Notes: generated by a model not told the origin, from the sequence alone. A stretch of DNA of 64,000 nt from Octopus vulgaris (GCA_951406725.2 OX597823.1:22320001-22384000); one strand, 5' to 3'. Shown: positions 15,843 to 29,903, numbered from the stretch's first letter. A program made the numbers and translations.

Positions 15843-16407
15843 ATATATATGTAGGTAAACGACCTGCCACAAATAGCAGTTGAAAACCTTCAAATCACAA
15901 TCTATTGCCTTGATAAAAGAAGGATATATTGTAAAACATAGTTCTACTAAGGATGTGATAATCACAACAAAGAGTGTCTTGGAGTAGTGAAGCTGCTTTT
16001 CCTACACAACCGAACAAAAAGTTTTCACGTAAATGTATTGGGAAACTTTTGTTTGAAAACTGTTCTAATTAAAAAGAAGTACATTAAAAATCTGAAATAT
16101 AAAGTTAATTATATGTTGCTTAAATATCACATGGGAAATATTCCTTCATATGTGTTTGTCCAAACGCTTCTTTTGTTTACGTTTTGAAAAGCGTTTCGTG
16201 TGTCGTTATCAAATGTTTGGAAGAAACAAAAGTAAATAGTCAAAAGAGTTTGAGTTATAAGAGTGGTTGATTGGGGTTTGCTTGTAAACTTTTCAAAGGA
16301 AAAGTTTTACCATCGTTCCCTTTCTAAATGTCATATTTGCTACACAAGTCCGACATTGTTTATGTACTTGACGTATAGTCTCACACACACACACACACAC
16401 ACACACG

Positions 16408-16452
<45 letters not shown>

Positions 16453-17624
16453 CACACACACTTACGCATGCATTTATACATACATACATATGTGTGTGTT
16501 TGTGGGTTTCTGTATGTTTCTGTACATATGCATGCACTTTAAACACACACGGACTCTCTTTACGTGCAGACACTCGTGAGCGCACACACACAAACATGGA
16601 CACATATATATATTTGAAGAAAGATTTTCTTCAAATGAACTTATTGAAAAAAATCACCGAAAACAAAAACAAAAAATACAATAATACAAAACTTTTGGAC
16701 GGAAGTTTTCGTAATCTGTATGTGCTTTTGTGGTTCGATTTGTCAAGCACACATCATGAGATAATCCTCATAAAACTTGTCTTGAAGAATTGAACAACGC
16801 AAACGTTTATACACACAACTGCACTAACTTCCTTCCAAAATGTTCGTGTTATTCTACACGCCCACACGCGCCCGTGCGCGTATGCGTGTGTTCGCGAGTG
16901 TGTGTGCATAGCTTTTCACACAAATGTATCTATATGTATATCATTTCTTTTCAATTTTGAATGTCACTCTCAGGAAGACAACAAGCAACCAGCCATAAAA
17001 AAGCTTAACCCCCACCGACACCACCACCACTCACATAGTTCGTTGTGAGTTATAAAGGACGAGAAGCAATCTAATAAGAAGCCATTTTAAAATCACAAAT
17101 AAACGACTCAAGAATGGAAAGAGTACTAGAAGAGAGATTTTTGAGGATAAAATCTTTTCATGTAGGAAAACTTGTTAGTAGAGGTAACAAGAATATTGAA
17201 AAGACAAAATTGTAGTAGGAAGATATTTCACTCGACTGACATCTGAAGAGAAGAAAGTTTCAACAATGACTTTAGGATTATCTATGGAAAAGTGATAAAG
17301 AAACATGGTACCAGTGCTGAAAGAAAGGTGGAATTTGAAGCTACTTAAACAGAAACAGCAATGTTAGAAAGACTCGCTTTTGTACTCGATGAAGGAAAGA
17401 AGACCAGCAGAAGCACCAATCTAGATATGACAATCAATTTCACTCATGAATACTTTCGAAAGAAATATATTGAAGTGTCAATGTAGAGAGTATTTCTTCA
17501 TACGCCTAATTCAGCATTAGAGCTAATATAATGAGTCCAACAAAGATCTTTAGAAAACTTTTAATCCAAAAGGATAGAAAACTCAGGAAGAACAGATTCT
17601 AACATAAAGATACCAATATCCTAA

Positions 17625-17835
17625 TCTATTCTAGACACAAGGCCCGAAATCTTTGGAGAGGGGGCCAGTCGATTAGATCGACCCCAGTACGCAACTGGTA
17701 CTTAATTTATTAACCCCGAAATGATCAACGGCAAAGTTGACCTCGGCGGAATTTGAACTGAGAACATCTAAGACAGACGAAATACCGCTGAGCATTTCGC
17801 CCGACGTGCTAACGTTTCTGCCAGCTCGTCGCCTT
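17625..17835 (-). mobile_element. family A SINE with TSD-like ataa.gataccaatatc
   Basis: core on the minus strand; flanking direct repeat near 17604 and 17836. Confidence 0.8.
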
Positions 17836-17859
17836 ATAACGATACCAATATCGCAGGAT

Positions 17860-18040
17860 CGTTTTAGCAGGCCGAGCGTAATACTGAGCGGCGTTTCATC
17901 AGGTTTAAGTTCAAATGCCGCCTAGGTCGACTTCCCCGTTCATCCTTTCGGGGGTCGATAAAATAAGTACCAGTTGAACACTTACCTCCTCCGCGAAATA
18001 GCTAGCAAAAAACCAAAAAACAAAATTGAAACCAATATCT
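17860..18040 (+). mobile_element. family A SINE (diverged)
   Basis: aagttcaaatgccgcctaggtcgac...ggtcgataaaataagtaccag. Confidence 0.7.
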
Positions 18041-18283
18041 TCATTGTTCCTGTAACAATTAGTTCAAAGAATTTCACGTTTTGCAGAGTTGAAAGTAATC
18101 ATCCGCCGAATGTAAGATAAGAACCAACGATTTTCACCTGATCAAACAAGTGTCACCTGCAAAGATAGCAAGTCTAGGTATAATTGTATCAGGAAGAACA
18201 TTAGTATCATTAGTATCAGTGTGTTGGTGCTAGCGGTATCTGAGAACAAAATGTAAATTTAAGTAACGCATTCATCAGTGAGC

Positions 18284-18330
<47 letters not shown>

Positions 18331-20263
18331 TGCACACACTCACACGCGCACACTCATACACGCACGCACACGCTCACACGCACACGCTCACACGCACACA
18401 CTCACACGCACACACTCACACGCACACACTCACACGCACACACTCATTCACGCGCATACACATATATACACATAGGTTTGAAAGCCTCAACAATGCAGAT
18501 TTAATTATCTCATATATTTCTGATTATTTGCATTAACGTATATTTTGTACATCTCGAGTTAGTCTTCATGACACAATTTTGTTTCTAGAAAATACCTTAC
18601 GTGAATGCAGAGGTTTAGTTTCTGGCTATAAATTGGAGTCACAGTAGACAGTTTCAATTATCTTATACTTCTCTTGAAGAAGGGTTCGAATTATTTTGTT
18701 ATTTTCACCAACTATTCTTGGAGGAACCTGCTTATAGGAAGAAATAAATCAGCTGCAGAAATTTACATTTCTTTCAAAGAAGTTCAGTTGCATTGTTTAT
18801 CGTCGGGATTGTAGGATGTTTCATTGAGTTTTTCAGATATGGATTCAGAAAAAGGCTTCTTGATAAAACAAATCATTTATATTTTTATTCGCAAGTTTTT
18901 GGCTGTGGCTTCCTCTAACTGTAAGCTTATGATTAGAGCTCCGTTCAATTTCACAAATAGATTTTGCAGTTTTCACATCCCTGAAATCAGGCTTTTTCAG
19001 CATCATGTTTCATACCATGTTGCAAGAAAGATTCATAACCCCTCCACCTAGTAGGTACAAATATGATGTCAAATTGTTTAATCTTCACAGATTTCAAACA
19101 AAAAACAAAATCAATCATAAACATGTGAACTACAATTTGAAGATGACTGCAGGTTGTTGGACTGAACAGAAATATGTAATTTTCAATATATCGGAAATAC
19201 ACTGCTCTCATAGGTGTGCACAGGGGCTGAAGTATCGTATTGTGTCTGAATGTTCAGATTTTATTGCCCCAAAGTAAAATAAGATAAAATAAAAAAAAAA
19301 AGAAAAATGTTAAAATAACAAAAAAGGCTACATACTTAGCTGAAAACTTATTTCATGTCATAACATACTACGGGTGTGGCGAAAATTATATTGGCCGAGC
19401 AGGCATGTGACTTAGAGAAGTGATGACACTTCACCAACAACAAATACGTGATCCGAAGTGTATGAAGTGCCACACAGCGAAGATTTAGAACGACATGCTG
19501 AAGCTCTGCAACTAATTTGAAGTATTCCAATAATACCTAAGTGCGTAGTATACAGAAGCGCAACAATGAATTAACAAATAAACATTTTTTTATTAAAAAA
19601 TATCAGCAAGGTTTAAATCGAATATTAATTACACTCATTATTAGTTCACTTATTAAGGAAACGTATTTCTAATTTATATTTCAATATTTCTATAAATGGC
19701 TGTCTACCTGTTTTTGAATATTTAACATTAATTCCAGAGCTGCATTGTTACTAGTGTGAATATAATAAATTTGGGTTACTAACATACATAGCATTACTCT
19801 CCTTGTAATGAGTCTATAATTGAATAACACGCAGATTTTACACATGTACACTACAATAATGTAATTGAAACTGGCATAAACTTTGAAATATTTAATAATG
19901 TAGCTTGAAAAAATTTGATTGTGACAATGTAATACAAAAATTTAATTACTATATAAATGGAATTTAGCATCTCTTTGCACACGCATACACATACACACGT
20001 ATACATACATATACACACACATACATATAAGGGATATACACGTACATACATAAATACATATGTATATACATACACGCACATACACCTATTAAATGAGGAG
20101 GATGAATAAGTAACCGACTTTTCGACATCATCCCTGACAGAGCATACTTCATCAAAGTATTCCAGCCGTGACCATCCCGTGTTTTCCAGAGACAATGTAT
20201 TCTGGACTACATTAACCAATAGGACATTAATTTTGTTCTTCTTTTTTAAAAAATAAAACGAAC

Positions 20264-20683
20264 AGGCGCAGGAGTGGCTGTGTGGTAAGTAGCCTGTCTA
20301 CCAACCACATGGTTCCGGGTTCATCCCACTGCGTGGCACCTTGGGCAAGTGTCTTCTACTATAGCCTCGGGCCGACCAAAGCCTTGTGAGTGGATTTGGT
20401 AGACGGAAACTGAAAGAAGCCCGTCGTATATATGTATATATATATATATGTATGCGTGTGTGTGTTTGTTTGTCTGTGTTTGTCCCCATAGCATTGCTTG
20501 ACAACCGATGCTGGTGTGTTTATGTCCCCGTCACATAGCGGTTCGGCAAAAGAGACCGATAGAATAAGTACTGGGCTTACAAAAGAATAAGTTCCGGGGT
20601 CGAGCTGCTCGATTAAAGGTGGTGCACCAGCATGGCCGCAGTCAAATGACTGAAACAAGTAAAAGAGTAAAAGAGTAAAGAGT
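20264..20683 (+). mobile_element. family B SINE
   Basis: homologous to 6525-6996. Confidence 0.85.
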
Positions 20684-21340
20684 TAGTGTGAGGTTCGAGA
20701 AGATTTAACTACCATTTCTAGCATGTCTTGTGGCCGCAAGCAGGTTTCTTTTGTTTAGTCGCATAGCCATACATATATGAATAAGCAAGGAAGTGATGGC
20801 GAGATAGAGAGAATTAGCGGGCAAGAATGGGAAAATAAAGCGTATAGAAAAAGAGTGGAAGAGAAACAAAGATGAAGAAGGGGAGAGCAACACACTGAGA
20901 TAGCGTTAGGGAGCGAGAGCTGGAAATATAATAATTAGCTATTAAATTTAACGCCTACACTTAACATTATGAATGACAAGCTTCTAGTTCATAATCTCAC
21001 GTACATACATACACACTTGCCAACGTATACTCATTTAAACAAACACGTGTGCATCATATATGCATATGATGTGCACATGTGCAAAAAGGGTCACATGTCT
21101 GACGGATGCATTTAACATTTATGCGTGTGTTGAATGTATGTAACTGGCTTTACTTCCTGGGTGTTTTCTGGACAACAAAATATTTGTGTGACGATATATA
21201 AGTACGCGGTGTACTCTGTAGGTGTTCGAGTATAGAGGGAGATAGATAAACAGATAGATGGATAGACAGAGAGACAAAAAAGATAGATAGATAGGTATAA
21301 ATAAATGTATGTATATCTGTTATCATACATGCTAATACAT

Positions 21341-21395
<55 letters not shown>

Positions 21396-21482
21396 AAAAA
21401 TTTTTTTAAAAATGCAGAATGCTCAAATGAAATAAAATTTTAATAAAATGAGAAAATGATAAAATATATAAATATATATATT

Positions 21483-21523
21483 TATTCAACCGGTTTTCGT
21501 CAATGTATGACTTGTCAAGAATA
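21483..21523 (-). ncRNA. minimal type I hammerhead-like motif (U3-A8 variant) near the PLE 3' end
   Basis: tattc-TTGACAA-gtca(tacat)tgac-GAAA-accgg-TT-gaata. Confidence 0.6.
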
Positions 21524-22161
21524 TTTATGTTTTAAGAAGTTTTTTTGAAAATTAGAAAGGGGAAAAAAAGAAAATTGCAATGTTTTTTGTAAAAGAATAA
21601 TGATAAAAATGTACAAAAATTAAAAAATAAGTTCTCCGATACATTGTGAGTTCGTTGTGTATCTTGAGTTTTATGGTTGTTTACCAAAAAGTTACCTTGA
21701 GGTGTTAAGATCCAAAGGGATTAAGAGCATGTGATGTGTTGTGTTGTTGAATACAGCATGTTGCAGGACAGGAAGTAGTAGTAATTGTGGTCCTGGTTCT
21801 TCAGTTCCTGTGTTGTGAGTAAGGGGAGAAAACTCTTTTGAGTTCTTCAATAAAACCCAAATTATAAAACTATCATTTTAGCTTCATTTGCATTATCTTT
21901 TTTATATATAATTGCTTGTTAACTTAACTTTCAGATTTTAACACTTTATTTATATTATTTTCTAATAATATAAAACTGCATAGACAATTGCATTTCAAAT
22001 TGTCATATCATTCTATAATAAAAATGATAGTAGTAACAACAACAATAGTGAAAATGATATTTAAAGAATATAAGTTTTAGCTTGAAGTGGTGAATGCATG
22101 GTATCTTTATATATTTGTGTTAGTCCATCCATGAAGAGTGAGGTAGAGAAAGGAAGTTTGA

Positions 22162-24318
22162 TCAACGAGGAGTTTGCATATTAAGTTGTGTTTGGAATTT
22201 TTCAATAAAGAGATTCTCCTTGTTAATTCTCTCCTGTGTGGTGATCCCGTCTTTACATTGGTAGAAGGGGAATATATAGAATTTGGGGTTTAAGTCTTTG
22301 GCACATGAGTCTAAGTGGTCACTCAGTGGAATTTGTCGGTATTCCGGGAGATTTATTTGTTCTTTATGCACCGTTACTCGTTTACGTAACGGGAGACTCG
22401 TTTGTCCCACATAATTATGTTGGCAACCAGCGCATGTGAGAACGTAGATAAGGTTCTCGGAGGAACAGGAGAAGTTAGTCTTGATTTTAAACTTCGTACC
22501 TTGTTTGAAGGTAAATTCAGAGCCTTCAAGTAGAAAGGGGCAGGTACCACAGTTTGAGCGTGCACATTTTTTTACTGTTGGGGGTGGATGTGGTGTGTGA
22601 AGTTTGGCATTTGTCAAGAGTTTTTTTAAAGATTTGTGTTGCCTTTTGCATTTGAGGATTTTGTGTGTATTTATAATGTTTTTCATTTTTGGGTCTGTTG
22701 ACAGTAGACTGAGGTTTTGTATGATTGTGGTGTATGCTTCGATATTTTTGGGGTTGTGGGTGGAAATGTATGGAAGTATTTTGAGGTTGTGTGTGGTGTT
22801 AGGTTGGGTGGTTTTCAGTGTAGTGTTGTCTAGTTCTTTGGCGCGTTTTATTCCATACTCTATAAGGGTGGAGGGATATTGACGTTGTAATAGTGTTTTT
22901 TTGAGGTCTTGAAGGCGTATTTCTCGTGTTTTTGGATCCGAGACAATGGTGCATACCCTTTTAGCTAAATTGAAAGGGATATTTGTCTTGGTGTGTTTTG
23001 GGTGGCATGAACTAAAGAGGAGGTATTGTTGTGAGTCTGTAGGTTTGTGGTAGATGTCTGTTATGATTTGGTTTTTAGGTGTTTTTATAATTAGGAGATC
23101 AAGGAATGGGAGATGATGTTTGCTAAATTCCATAGTGAATTGGATGTTGGGATGTATGTTGTTTAGTATGGTTTTGAATTCCAGGAGTTTATCATAAGGT
23201 TCTTTCCATATGATGAAACAATCATCTAAATACCTTTTCCAGTTTTCCATTAGGTAGGTGTGGAAAACATGTCCAAATTTCTGGCTTGATATTTCATAGA
23301 GTGACAGTTCGAAGTAACCCATTATGAGGTTCGCAAGGACTGGTGCAGCCTTGGTACCCATCGCAATGCCACATTTTTGACGGTAGTGTGTGTCGTCGAA
23401 GAGAAAAAAATTGTTTGTCAGAATGAACTTAAGAGATTCTGTAATAAAAGACTTGTTAATGCGGTCAGGGAATGTCTCTGGGTGTTTTTCTAGCCAGAAG
23501 TCAATTGCCTCTATACCATACTCATGTGGAATGTTGGTGTAGAGGTTGATGACATCAAAGGATACCAGGAGTGCCCCCTCGTTAACTGTTTTCGGGAGGT
23601 GTTTGAGCATGTCCAGATCATCCCTAATGAAACTTTTGATGTGGGTAAGGAAAGGTTTCAAAAGGATGTCTAGGAAGTTACTCAGGCGGTGTGTTTCACA
23701 GGAGGTACCCGCCACGATGGGCCTTAGTTTTAGGTCCTCCGGTGCTTTGATGTTGATGTGGATGTCAGTGGAGAGTTTGCAGGCTTCGGTGATGTATTTG
23801 TTTTTATGGATTTTAGGAAGGCCATAAAAAAGGCTGGGCTTGCATTTGAAAATGGTGATATAATCCCTTTCTTTTTCTGTGAGTCCCTGGCCGTGTTGGC
23901 GTATGAGTGTGGTGAGGTTTCTGATTGTTTTTTGCTGTTTGTAGTTGTTAATAACCTCATAGAAAATGCTATTGTTAAGCATGGAGAACACTAGGTGTTT
24001 ATAAAATTCCGTGTCCATAAGGACCACAGCACTCCCTTTGTCCGCTTCTTTGATGGTGAGGTTTTTATCCAGTTGTATGTCACGTAGGTTTTCCCATTCT
24101 TCCTTACTGAAATTGGATTTTACCTTGGTTTTGCTTGGGGTAAAGGGGAGACTCTGGATGTGTTTACAGAAATCGTCCAGTGTTTTATTTCTCCCTTTTG
24201 GTGGTAGGAAGTTGCTTTTATTTCTGATCAATGAGTCGTCCCCATTGTTGATATCTGTCAAAGCTTCTGTTAGGCGAAGTTTTCTGCAGAATTCAGAAAC
24301 GTCATCCTTGACCTCCCT
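22162..24318 (-). CDS. PLE polyprotein: RT + Cys-rich linker + GIY-YIG endonuclease (5'-truncated, otherwise open)
   Basis: ADKG..VVLM, FYGLPKIHK, LRPIVA, SFDVINLYTNIP, QKCGIAMG, RYLDDCF, FLDL, C-x4-C-x2-C linker, NLIYVLTC..C...YVGQT...R...H. The first ~14 aa of the 732 aa track ORF come from the junction. Confidence 0.92.
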   Translation of the reverse strand, partial: REVKDDVSEFCRKLRLTEALTDINNGDDSLIRNKSNFLPPKGRNKTLDDFCKHIQSLPFTPSKTKVKSNFSKEEWENLRDIQLDKNLTIKEADKGSAVVLMDTEFYKHLVFSMLNNSIFYEVINNYKQQKTIRNLTTLIRQHGQGLTEKERDYITIFKCKPSLFYGLPKIHKNKYITEACKLSTDIHINIKAPEDLKLRPIVAGTSCETHRLSNFLDILLKPFLTHIKSFIRDDLDMLKHLPKTVNEGALLVSFDVINLYTNIPHEYGIEAIDFWLEKHPETFPDRINKSFITESLKFILTNNFFLFDDTHYRQKCGIAMGTKAAPVLANLIMGYFELSLYEISSQKFGHVFHTYLMENWKRYLDDCFIIWKEPYDKLLEFKTILNNIHPNIQFTMEFSKHHLPFLDLLIIKTPKNQIITDIYHKPTDSQQYLLFSSCHPKHTKTNIPFNLAKRVCTIVSDPKTREIRLQDLKKTLLQRQYPSTLIEYGIKRAKELDNTTLKTTQPNTTHNLKILPYISTHNPKNIEAYTTIIQNLSLLSTDPKMKNIINTHKILKCKRQHKSLKKLLTNAKLHTPHPPPTVKKCARSNCGTCPFLLEGSEFTFKQGTKFKIKTNFSCSSENLIYVLTCAGCQHNYVGQTSLPLRKRVTVHKEQINLPEYRQIPLSDHLDSCAKDLNPKFYIFPFYQCKDGITTQERINKENLFIEKFQTQLNMQTPR

Positions 24319-25889
24319 TAAAACTAAGGCCCATCGTGGCGGGTACCTCCTGTGAAACACACCGCCTGAGTAACTTCCTAGACATCCTTTTGAAACCTTT
24401 CCTTACCCACATCAAAAGTTTCATTAGGGATGATCTGGACATGCTCAAACACCTCCCGAAAACAGTTAACGAGGGGGCACTCCTGGTATCCTTTGATGTC
24501 ATCAACCTCTACACCAACATTCCACATGAGTATGGTATAGAGGCAATTGACTTCTGGCTAGAAAAACACCCAGAGACATTCCCTGACCGCATTAACAAGT
24601 CTTTTATTACAGAATCTCTTAAGTTCATTCTGACAAACAATTTTTTTCTGTTCGACGACACACACTACCGTCAAAAATGTGGCATTGCGATGGGTACCAA
24701 GGCTGCACCAGTCCTTGCGAACCTCATAATGGGTTACTTCGAACTGTCACTCTATGAAATATCAAGCCAGAAATTTGGACATGTTTTCCACACCTACCTA
24801 ATGGAAAACTGGAAAAGGTATTTAGATGATTGTTTCATCATATGGAAAGAACCTTATGATAAACTCCTGGAATTCAAAACCATACTAAACAACATACATC
24901 CCAACATCCAATTCACTATGGAATTTAGCAAACATCATCTCCCATTCCTTGATCTCCTAATTATAAAAACACCTAAAAACCAAATCATAACAGACATCTA
25001 CCACAAACCTACAGACTCACAACAATACCTCCTCTTTAGTTCATGCCACCCAAAACACACCAAGACAAATATCCCTTTCAATTTAGCTAAAAGGGTATGC
25101 ACCATTGTCTCGGATCCAAAAACACGAGAAATACGCCTTCAAGACCTCAAAAAAACACTATTACAACGTCAATATCCCTCCACCCTTATAGAGTATGGAA
25201 TAAAACGCGCCAAAGAACTAGACAACACTACACTGAAAACCACCCAACCTAACACCACACACAACCTCAAAATACTTCCATACATTTCCACCCACAACCC
25301 CAAAAATATCGAAGCATACACCACAATCATACAAAACCTCAGTCTACTGTCAACAGACCCAAAAATGAAAAACATTATAAATACACACAAAATCCTCAAA
25401 TGCAAAAGGCAACACAAATCTTTAAAAAAACTCTTGACAAATGCCAAACTTCACACACCACATCCACCCCCAACAGTAAAAAAATGTGCACGCTCAAACT
25501 GTGGTACCTGCCCCTTTCTACTTGAAGGCTCTGAATTTACCTTCAAACAAGGTACGAAGTTTAAAATCAAGACTAACTTCTCCTGTTCCTCCGAGAACCT
25601 TATCTACGTTCTCACATGCGCTGGTTGCCAACATAATTATGTGGGACAAACGAGTCTCCCGTTACGTAAACGAGTAACGGTGCATAAAGAACAAATAAAT
25701 CTCCCGGAATACCGACAAATTCCACTGAGTGACCACTTAGACTCATGTGCCAAAGACTTAAACCCCAAATTCTATATATTCCCCTTCTACCAATGTAAAG
25801 ACGGGATCACCACACAGGAGAGAATTAACAAGGAGAATCTCTTTATTGAAAAATTCCAAACACAACTTAATATGCAAACTCCTCGTTGA
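24319..25889 (+). CDS. second, more 5'-truncated copy of the same PLE RT/GIY-YIG ORF
   Basis: protein identical to the C-terminal ~520 aa of the minus-strand ORF. Confidence 0.92.
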
Positions 25890-26526
25890 TCAAACTTCCT
25901 TTCTCTACCTCACTCTTCATGGATGGACTAACACAAATATATAAAGATACCATGCATTCACCACTTCAAGCTAAAACTTATATTCTTTAAATATCATTTT
26001 CACTATTGTTGTTGTTACTACTATCATTTTTATTATAGATGATATGACAATTTGAAATGCAATTGTCTATGCAGTTTTATATTATTAGAAAATAATATAA
26101 ATAAAGTGTTAAAATCTGAAAGTTAAGTTAACAAGCAATTATATATAAAAAAGATAATGCAAATGAAGCTAAAATGATAGTTTTATAATTTGGGTTTTAT
26201 TGAAGAACTCAAAAGAGTTTTCTCCCCTTACTCACAACACAGGAACTGAAGAACCAGGACCACAATTACTACTACTTCCTGTCCTGCAACATGCTGTATT
26301 CAACAACACAACACATCACATGCTCTTAATCCCTTTGGATCTTAACACCTCAAGGTAACTTTTTGGTAAACAACCATAAAACTCAAGATACACAACGAAC
26401 TCACAATGTATCGGAGAACTTATTTTTTAATTTTTGTACATTTTTATCATTATTCTTTTACAAAAAACATTGCAATTTTCTTTTTTTCCCCTTTCTAATT
26501 TTCAAAAAAACTTCTTAAAACATAAA

Positions 26527-26567
26527 TATTCTTGACAAGTCATACATTGACGAAAACCGGTTGAATA
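26527..26567 (+). ncRNA. minimal type I hammerhead-like motif (U3-A8 variant), mirror copy
   Basis: same sequence as 21483-21523 in the right arm. Confidence 0.6.
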
Positions 26568-26706
26568 AATATATATATTTATATATTTTATCATTTTCTC
26601 ATTTTATTAAAATTTTATTTCATTTGAGCATTCTGCATTTTTAAAAAAATTTTTCCTTACTTATCATTTCTCCACGTGCGGTCAACACAACCCCACCATT
26701 TATTGA

Positions 26707-26754
<48 letters not shown>

Positions 26755-26892
26755 CATACATATATACATGTATATATATATATACACACACACATATATA
26801 TATACATATATACACATATATACACATATATATATGTATATATATATATACATGTATATATATAAATATGTATATATATATATATGTATATA

Positions 26893-26925
<33 letters not shown>

Positions 26926-27073
26926 TTGAGTAGTTGAATGAATTATCTTATTAAGGATAATTCGAAAGATAACCGATAACTGGGTATCAAATTCACATCA
27001 GAAAGAACACGGTTGAAGTTACGTCCCTAGGGCATAGACTATGTGCTTTCGTGCGGAAATTTGTATGTTTATT

Positions 27074-27191
27074 TTAAAAATATAAGTTTATGAAAGAATG
27101 GAGTTGAACGACTTGTTAACAAATTTCCTTTATAAAGGAAATTTGTTAACAAGTCCTTCAACTCCATTCTTTCATAAACTTATATTTTTAA
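27074..27191. repeat. near-perfect 118 bp palindrome terminating a TA-flanked insert (26925-27191)
   Basis: centre cctttataaagg; arms are reverse complements. Confidence 0.9.
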
Positions 27192-27203
27192 TATATATAT
27201 ATA

Positions 27204-27305
<102 letters not shown>

Positions 27306-27307
27306 TA

Positions 27308-27847
27308 TATGGGCCCGGTTTCCCGGTTTCTGTGACGTATGTGTTCCCCCCAGCTTGACGGGACGCCAGTCCATCGCAGCGTTACTCAAGAAACAGGAAG
27401 AGAGAGAGTGAGTGAAAGTTGGAGCAAAAGAGTACAACAGGGGTCGCCACCCCCACCCCACCGGAGCCTCGTGACGCTTCCCTGGTGTTTACGCTCAATA
27501 AACACACACGACACCTGATCTAGGAATCGAAACCGCGATCCTCCGACCGCGAATCCGCTGCCCTAACCACTGGGCCATTACGCCTCCCTAAATAAATAAA
27601 TGCGCCCTTTGTGAAACCTACCCAGGCTCATGGGCTTGGTTTCCCGGTTTCAATGGCGTATGTGTTCCCCAGCTGGACGGGACTCCAGTCCATCGCAGCG
27701 TTACTCATTTTTACCAGCTGAGTGAACTGGAGCAACGTGAAATGAAGTGTTTTGCTCAAGAACACAACGCGTCGCCCGGTCCAGGAATCGAAACCACAAT
27801 CTTATGATCATGACGCTGACACCCTAACCTCTAAGCCACGCGCCTCC
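27308..27847 (-). mobile_element. two adjacent tRNA-derived SINEs (27308-27587, 27590-27847)
   Basis: minus-strand heads ggaggcgtaatggcccagtggttagg...ggtttcgattcc and ggaggcgcgtggcttagaggttagg. Confidence 0.8.
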
Positions 27848-27901
27848 ACATATACATATATATATATATATATATATTATATAAATGTATATATATATAT
27901 A

Positions 27902-28423
<522 letters not shown>

Positions 28424-28512
28424 TATATGCATATATATATATATACATTTATATATACATATATATACATACATATATATATAACAAATGAAAGACAGAT
28501 GGAATATATATA

Positions 28513-28745
28513 TGGGAGCGCGTGGGTTAGTGGTTAGGGTGTTGGACTCCCTAACCACTAATCGTAAGATTGTGGTTTCGACCGGTCGATGCGTTGCGCT
28601 CTTGAGCAAAACACTTCATTTCACGTTGCTCCAGCCCACTCAGCAGGCAAATATGAGTAGTACTGCGAGAGACTGGCGTCCCATCCAGGTGGGGAATACA
28701 TACGCCATGGAAAGCAGGAAACATGGCATGGTTCGAGTAAGTAAC
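28513..28745 (+). mobile_element. tRNA-derived SINE related to 27590-27847
   Basis: gcgcgtgggttagtggttaggg...cttgagcaaaacacttcatttcacgttgctccag. Confidence 0.75.
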
Positions 28746-29040
28746 ATTTAAACGATATATATATAGATAGATACATGTGTGTGTATGTGTATGTAAAGCA
28801 GATAAGCCGCAAGTTACGAAGTTTGAAGTTCCAATCAACACAATATGTATATATTTATCTTCGTTAAAAATAAATTTTCGTCCACAGTAAATGTAGTTTC
28901 GTAATGTTGTTTTACGCAAGAATAATTACTTACTTTACTACTTTATACAATAATAAGCCTATCAAAAGAATGAAACAACATTTCTTTGCATTTTCTTCTA
29001 TATTTTTCCTTTGAGATATTCTTCTGATAACTTTACTTAG

Positions 29041-29408
29041 TAATTACTCACGCCTTGGCGAAAGCGGAGGTATTGTTTTCAATCGTGGAAAAGATACTTC
29101 AAGAACCGCTGGATGGATTTGGATGAAACTTTCAGAGACGTTTGGCCTCGTGACTGGCACGAACTGTTTAGATTTTGGGATCGATCCGGTACCGGACAAG
29201 GATTCTGGTTTATTTTACCTGTTTGTTTTTTTTTGTTTTTTTTACTTAATTTTTGAGAACGGTCAGGTTCACTTTTAGTATTCTCGTTCGTGAGAGTAGT
29301 CGATTTTTATTTCAGATATTCTCATTTTTAAAATCATCTCTGGCTAATCGTTGAGAGGACGTTGGTATTGCCTTGGCAGAGGTTTGTGCTCTCTGAGTGC
29401 TCTTGTTT
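29041..29408 (+). mobile_element. Helentron-associated non-autonomous element (HINE/DINE-1-like)
   Basis: 5' ctcacgccttggcgaaagcggagg, internal 'ggatggatttggatgaaacttt', 3' ccttggcagaggtttgtgctctctgagtgc hairpin, T-rich end. Confidence 0.65.
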
Positions 29409-29454
29409 TTAATGCAATGTACCCTAGTGATACACACACACACACACACACACA

Positions 29455-29510
<56 letters not shown>

Positions 29511-29671
29511 TACACACACGCACACACACAAATATATATATATAATATATATGATGGCCACTACTTTCCGAAGTAAAAAAAAAAAAAACGGTGATACGCA
29601 ATAAATTATGAATCTATATATACCTATTCAGCATTACATAGATGCATTTATATATTTTTGTGTATATATAC

Positions 29672-29721
<50 letters not shown>

Positions 29722-29903
29722 TCTCTTACACGTTCACTCGTTTCAGCCGAGGTGTTTCACATCACCACTCCTGTATGTGCCTTTGTCCCAGCTATTGATA
29801 CATTTAGTGTATATATATATATATACATATATATGTATATATATATGTGTGTGTGTATATATATACGTATATTCATATATATGTATGTATATGTATATGT
29901 TTG

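Larger units (their letters stand above)
21391..26708. mobile_element. Penelope-like retroelement (Neptune-type) head-to-head inverted insertion in (TA)n
   Basis: arms 21391-23732 and 24319-26659 are near-identical reverse complements with a ~586 bp spacer; (TA)n on both flanks. Confidence 0.95.

Noticed and set aside
17100-17580. Possible old LINE remnants here and at ~33800-34300, ~35700-36100 and ~46700-47850
   Set aside because: Too degenerate to classify by eye
24319-24360. Apparent N-terminus MFHRRYPPRWALVL of the 732 aa ORF
   Set aside because: It is the antisense of the second PLE copy across the inversion junction, not a true start
26985-27060. GAAA and CTGATGT on the minus strand as a possible hammerhead
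   Set aside because: Could not assign consistent stems I-III in any permutation
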